64,000 nucleotides of DNA. Origin: the human T2T-CHM13v2.0 reference genome, Homo sapiens. Below are positions 54,131 to 64,000 of this stretch, one piece after another. Every line of letters begins with the position of its first letter. Position 1 is the stretch's first letter. Under the pieces are notes generated by a model, which was not told where the DNA came from, searched no databases, and worked only from the letters and a program-made list of their open reading frames with translations. Both the position numbers and the translations under genes were made by a program. The stretch lies in NCBI RefSeq assembly GCF_009914755.1, contig NC_060934.1; one strand, 5' to 3'.

Positions 54131-54275
54131 GGCCGGGCATTGTAGATCATGTCTGTAATCCCAGCACTTTGGGAGGTTGAGGTGGGCAGATTGGATGAGC
54201 TCAGGAGTTCGAGACTAGCCTGGGTAACATGGCAAAACCCTGTCTCTACCAACAAAGCAATCAACAAACAAAATG
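54131..54275 (+). mobile_element. Alu left arm/monomer followed by ~300 bp non-Alu sequence
   Basis: GGCCGGGCAT...CCCTGTCTCTACC followed by an A-rich linker. See findings. Confidence 0.85.
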
Positions 54276-54967
54276 AAAGTAACATAATTTCCTCAACTGT
54301 GCAAACTAATTCATATTAATAATTCCATGAAATGTGTCCATAGTAACACAAGAGCAGAAGATGGGCCTTGTAAAGGTGGCCCACCACATTATTTGAGGTC
54401 TTTGTCAGTCTTATCTGCCAGATACTGTGTGGACTAACTGCAGTTAAAATTCCCATTCCCTTATCACTTGCCCTGAAATTTATCTGAAATCAAAGGGAAT
54501 GGGTTGCCCAAAGAGAAGTGTCCAGAGACGTGGATGATGCGACAAGAAATGTTGTAGAACCACACCCCCACCTCAAATGATAACTCTACATTTCTCCCTT
54601 CCACCACCCCATGGCAACCAACATTCTACTTTGTGTCTCTATAAAATCGAGTATGCTGGGTACCTCATAAAAGTGGAATCATTACATATTTGCCTTTTGT
54701 GACTGGTTTATTTCACTTAGCCTAATGTTATGTTCTCAGGGTTCATTCATGTTTTTGCATGTGTCAGATTTTTCTTCCTTTCTAAGGGTGAATAATATTC
54801 CGTTGTATGTATAAACCAAGTTTGCTTACCCATTTATCTGTTGATGGGCACTTGGATTACTTTCACCTTTTGACTTTTTGAGTAATGCTATTATGAATAT
54901 GGGTAAAAAAATATCTCTTTGATGTGCTGCTTTCAATTCTTTTGGGTATAAATAACCCAAAAGAATA

Positions 54968-59030
<4,063 letters not shown>

Positions 59031-61233
59031 CCTGATTGAGTTTCTTTAAGGTAATTATTTTGAATTCCTTTTTTGAATATTTGTGGATTTTTTTTCATTG
59101 AGGTCTGTTATTTGAGAGTTATTATGTCCCTTTGGTGGTGCCATATTTCTTTATTTTTCATGTTGTGTCTCTGAATTTATGTCTATGCATGTGATGGAAC
59201 AATTGCTATTCCAAAATCTCTAGAGTGAATTTCATAGAGAAAGACTTTTATCTGAAGTTGAGTGTTTGTGTGCAGGTGACGAAGAGTGGGTAACTCAGTT
59301 TTTGATAGATGCATTGTGATAGTATCTGTGTAGTTTCTCTAGCTATGGCCAATATCAGCAATAATTTTGGGTGCCTCAGTGGCCTAGGCTGTAGAAGTTT
59401 GCAGCAGTATCAGGAGCAGTGTAGGTTGTTAATGTCCTTAGTGTCAAAGTATTTGGGCGTCCTCCTATTTTTATTTTCCTAAAATTGGGGTGACTTAGCC
59501 TAAGGGATTCCTTTTGGTGTCATCTCTGACATGGCATTAACTCAGCGGCATTGGTGCTGGGTTACAAGTACAGATCCTTGAAGTTGTCATAGAAGCATCA
59601 TTCTAGACTCAGGGTCTTTTAATCATGTATTGTGACACCTGGGTCTTGCGGTGCAGGTTCACTCTCTGTGGCAGTGTTGAATGCAGATTACCCACAGAAC
59701 CAAGGTCTATGACTCTAGCACACCTTAGCAGCTGAAGCCCACAGACTGAGTTGTGGCTGTGAATCTGTTTCTGAGGGTGAGGTGCAGGAAAATGCCGTGG
59801 CCTGCCTCTGATGTAGAAGGGGTGCTCTTTAGATTTGAGCCCAGCAAGTAGAATATGGCTACTATCATTAATAAGATAGGATATACTACCTTATTAATGC
59901 TAAGTAACCAAGCTCAAGTCAAGAGATGGAAATGTTAATACTGGTTTGTGACTGCACTGTTCTTCTTACTTAAGAGTAATTTTCAACATGGCAAGCTTAG
60001 AAAACTGTGTGAAGCTGATGTTACCAAGGGAGAGGACTGTCTTTGTCTACACATGTTGAGAGAATCTAGTCTATTTCAGTGGTGTTGATTACACAATATT
60101 CAACATGACACACATCACTTGGAGACTCTAAAAGCATCATTAATTTATTGCTGCTGGCCTTGGGGCTGGTTAAAAAGTAATACGTTTTTTATATTGATGA
60201 TCTCTTTCAACTAAGTATTCCTTATCCATTGCTTTCTTTCTCCCAACTTCCAAATTATGAGAACTCCAGTCTCTAAGCCTTGGCATATGCAGTATCCTTA
60301 CTCTCTCCTTTATCCCCTGTGGCAATTAATCCCTTTATTCTCCATCTTCATCATTGTTCTTTCTCTTCACTTTGTATATTTTTGTTTATTCCTGCACTAC
60401 TGCACCCTAGAACAAGTTGTCTGTTGCCTCCCATCTAGATTATAATAGTGTGGGCCCATCTTGTCATTGTAAACCCATTCTCTTCCTCTATAATTTATCT
60501 TAGGTTTTGCTGTCATATTGCTTTTTTAATATTTGTTTTTACAAAATTTCAACTTTATAATGAATCTGGGGGCAATATTGAGTCCATGTACCTTTCTGAC
60601 AGAAAAATATAATTGCAGACTCTTGATTCAGGCTCACAGTGTCTAATGATATGGCCCCAATTTACGTTTTCTATTAATTTAGATTGTGGTTGTCTACAGG
60701 TAATAATGGCTTTAACACATAATGTCTTTATTTATCTCAAATACAGGGATTCTCTTGGTGGGGCAATCTAGGATAATACAGCAGCCCCAAAGCAGCAGAG
60801 AGTCAAGTGCCTTCCTTTTTCCCACTAAATTTAGTATACAGACCTTCATTTTGATGATTAAATCCCAGGATGGGGTCTACTCTACCTCCTACTTCACATT
60901 TGTGTTTTGAGTATGAAAGAGGAAATAGAGGAAATGGACCTAGAGACCTTCTGCTTATATATTTTAGCAAAAAAAAATATGCTGTGTGACTCAGCTAGCT
61001 GCAAAGAGCCTGATGAATGGAATTTTTAGGCAAGCATGGAATAAGGGAGTAGGAAATAAAGTTTGGGCAAGTTGGTCTACAGCCTCTGCTATACAAGCAG
61101 TATTTTTTTTCTAGTACTGTACTTTCCAGTTTCTATGTTGGTAACTATATAACTATGTGAATAATTTTGAATTCACTGTAATCAAATATGCTGGTAAATA
61201 ATTTGTCAGATAATTGCATCAAATCATTCCTAG

Positions 61234-61375
61234 GAAAAGCACAACCAACCATCTGAATTTACTATTGAAAGCTTGGAAAACACTGCAGTTGACTTGTTTG
61301 GAGCTGGGACAGAGACGACAAGCACAACCCTGAGATATGCTCTCCTTCTCCTGCTGAAGCACCCAGAGGTCACAG
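61234..61375 (+). CDS. CYP2C9: CYP2C9 exon 6 (I-helix)
   Basis: [47 protein letters not shown], with the AGTETT motif. 142 nt, donor GTATGA. Confidence 0.99.
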
Positions 61376-61477
61376 GTATGATCAGAGATGATAAGTTAAT
61401 TAATTTTCAGAAAAGATTTTGGGAAGGTGTTGCTAGTGTCCTCCTTCCTGTTTCTCTTAGAGAAGCTTCATTATTTA

Positions 61478-61957
<480 letters not shown>

Positions 61958-62519
61958 TTATGGCAGGAAGAGACAAGATAAATTGGCCTGGGATTGCATG
62001 TTGGTTTTATTATGAGAAGGCCATTTTAAATAGCAAGTATATTCTTCAAGATAACTTTTCTCATTCTCAAAATTTCAGGTTCGAATGCTGGAGTAGGGAA
62101 ACTTGAAACTCTCCTTATTGAAGGATAAATGGTAATCCTAAAAATGTAGTGATCTGCCTGAGAAAATTCCTAGTCCAATAAGTACTCTAAAAAGTTAGAT
62201 TCATAAGAAAGGTGATTCTGTTTACTAGAAGAGGTATATAAAGAATGTTCCATTTAGGCAGAATATGTACCTGAGACAGTTTCCATGAAACTGTTGTTGG
62301 GCAAAATAAGATTTTTTTGAGGAAGTCAATAATTTTATCTTTTATGAACAACTTTACTTTAGAAATTTACTTTTAAGGACTTTTGGTTATGCTGCAGATA
62401 AGAAATATTCTTTTTTTCTCCTATGTCAGTATCCCCCATTGAAATGACAATAACCTAATTATAAATAAGAATTAGGCTTTTTTTTGAACAGTTACTAGCC
62501 TATAGAGTTCTAGAAGATT

Positions 62520-63760
62520 TTTTGTCAAATTTTATTATAGATTAAAGGGTACAAATACAGGTTTGTTACATAGGTAAGTTGTGTAACACTGAGGCTTGGG
62601 GTCCCAGCTATTCCATCACACTGACAGTAAACATATTACCCAACAGATGGTTCTTCAGCCCACATCTCTTCTCTCCCTCCCCCATCTAGTGATCCTCAGT
62701 GTCTATTGTTCCCATCTTTATGTTCTTGTGTATTCAATGCTTACCTCCCACTTATAAGCAAGAACATGTGGTATTTGGTTTTCTGTTCTTGTATTAGATT
62801 GCTTAGGATAATGGCCTCCTGCTTCATCTATAATGCTGCAAAAGACATAACTTTTGTTCTTTCTTATGGCTGCATAACATTCCATTATGTATGTACTAGT
62901 CTGTTCTCATGCTGCTAATAAAGACATACCTGAGACAGGGTAACTCATAAAGGAAAGAGGTTTAATGGACTGTCAATTCCACACGGCTGGAAAGGCCTCA
63001 CAATAAGTCTCTGATAGAGACTTATTCACTATCACAAGAATGGCATGGGAAAGTCAGGCCTCCATGATTAAATTACCTCACATTGAGTACCTCCCGTGAC
63101 GTGTGGGAATTATGGGAGCTACAATTCAAGATGAGATTTTGGTGGGGACACAGCCTAACCATATCAGTGTATATTTGGTACATTTTCCTTATACAATCCA
63201 CTGTCGATGGGCACATAAGTTGATTCCATTTCTTTGCTATCGTGAATAGCACTACATATTGGGGTGAACATATTGGGGTGTGTGTCTTATTGATAGAATG
63301 AATATTTTGGGGGCATATACTCCATAGTGGGATTGCTGGGTCAACTGGTAGTTCTATTTTAAGTTCTTTCAGAAATATCCAAACTGGTTTCCACAGTGGC
63401 TGAACTAGTTTGCATACCCACCAACAGTGTAAAAGCATTTCCATTTCTCTGCAACCTCACCAGCATCTGTTGTTTTTGGACTTTTTAATATTAATAATTG
63501 CTATTCTGACTGGTGTGAGATGGTACCTCATTGTGATTTTGATTTGCATTTCTCTGATGATTAGTGATGTTGAGCATTTTTTCATAAGTTTGTTGGCTGC
63601 TTGTATGTCATCTATTGAGAAGTGGCTGTTCATGTCTTTTGCCCAATTTTAATTGATTTTTTTTGTTTTTTTTTTTTTGCTTGTTGATTTGTTTAAGTTT
63701 TTTATAGATTTTGTCTGTTGATACATATTTAGATTTTGGATATTAGACATTTAGGTCCTT
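62520..63760 (-). mobile_element. Older L1 3' end, antisense, interrupted by THE1
   Basis: ORF 63073..63444 ([15 protein letters not shown]) is the ORF2 C-terminus. Confidence 0.88.
62892..63166 (-). mobile_element. THE1-type MaLR solo LTR, internally deleted
   Basis: Minus strand starts TGATATGGTTAGGCTGTGTCCCCACC. Imperfect 5-bp TSD ATGTA/GTGTA. Confidence 0.88.
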
Positions 63761-64000
63761 TAAGGTAGGAAGAGTACAGGAAATAGTCAAGAAGACTTTA
63801 ACAAATTTCTAAAAACAGAGAGCATATAGAGGAATGATATATCTGTACAGAGAGGGTAAACTTATAACCAAAAGGTCAGAAGAGAAAAATTTATCAAGGA
63901 TGAAAAGTTAATCAGTGTCCCTTAAATCCTCCCAATATTGGTATTTGGAAGTACCGAGGGTCAAAGATGGTGGAGAATGAGGCTGAAAAAGGAGGCTCTC

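Noticed and set aside
63872-63888. AGGTCAGAAGAG resembling the proximal DR4 (also at ~29475)
   Set aside because: Only one half-site matches and the second hexamer is not NR-like. Expected by chance.

Overview
Primate (sequence matches what I know of human chr10q23) genomic DNA containing about 27.8 kb of upstream sequence and the first six coding exons (codons 1-320) of cytochrome P450 CYP2C9 on the + strand. Exons 7-9 lie beyond the window. All six exons have GT/AG boundaries and splice into an intact CYP2C9 frame with reference residues at the positions I could check (L90, R144, R150, H251, K273). The recognised promoter elements are visible: TATA, two HNF4A DR1 sites, a double GATA site, a GRE, CAR/PXR DR4 and DR5 elements, two AP-1 sites and the promoter VNTR. 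Most of the rest is transposon-derived: many L1s (one full-length antisense copy in intron 5), about 13 Alus, MER11D and MER11B/C solo LTRs, a MER4-group ERV, Tigger1, Tigger3/MER7 and THE1. Intron 1 holds an old mitochondrial insertion (ND4 3' part + tRNA-His). The most notable less obvious structure is a diverged, gene-less copy of the CYP2C9 distal promoter/enhancer region (about -3.3 to -0.64 kb). It lies 14-22 kb upstream, is split by L1/Tigger1 insertions, and retains near-intact GRE and DR5 counterparts. Other points of interest are a 171-nt, stop-free, in-frame intron 2, a CAR element that sits inside an L1 3' UTR, and two templated-insertion repair scars. I see no evidence of a novel protein-coding system. 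Most ORFs in the track are L1/Alu fragments or their antisense shadows. Repeat subfamily names come from memory of consensus sequences and need RepeatMasker/Dfam confirmation.
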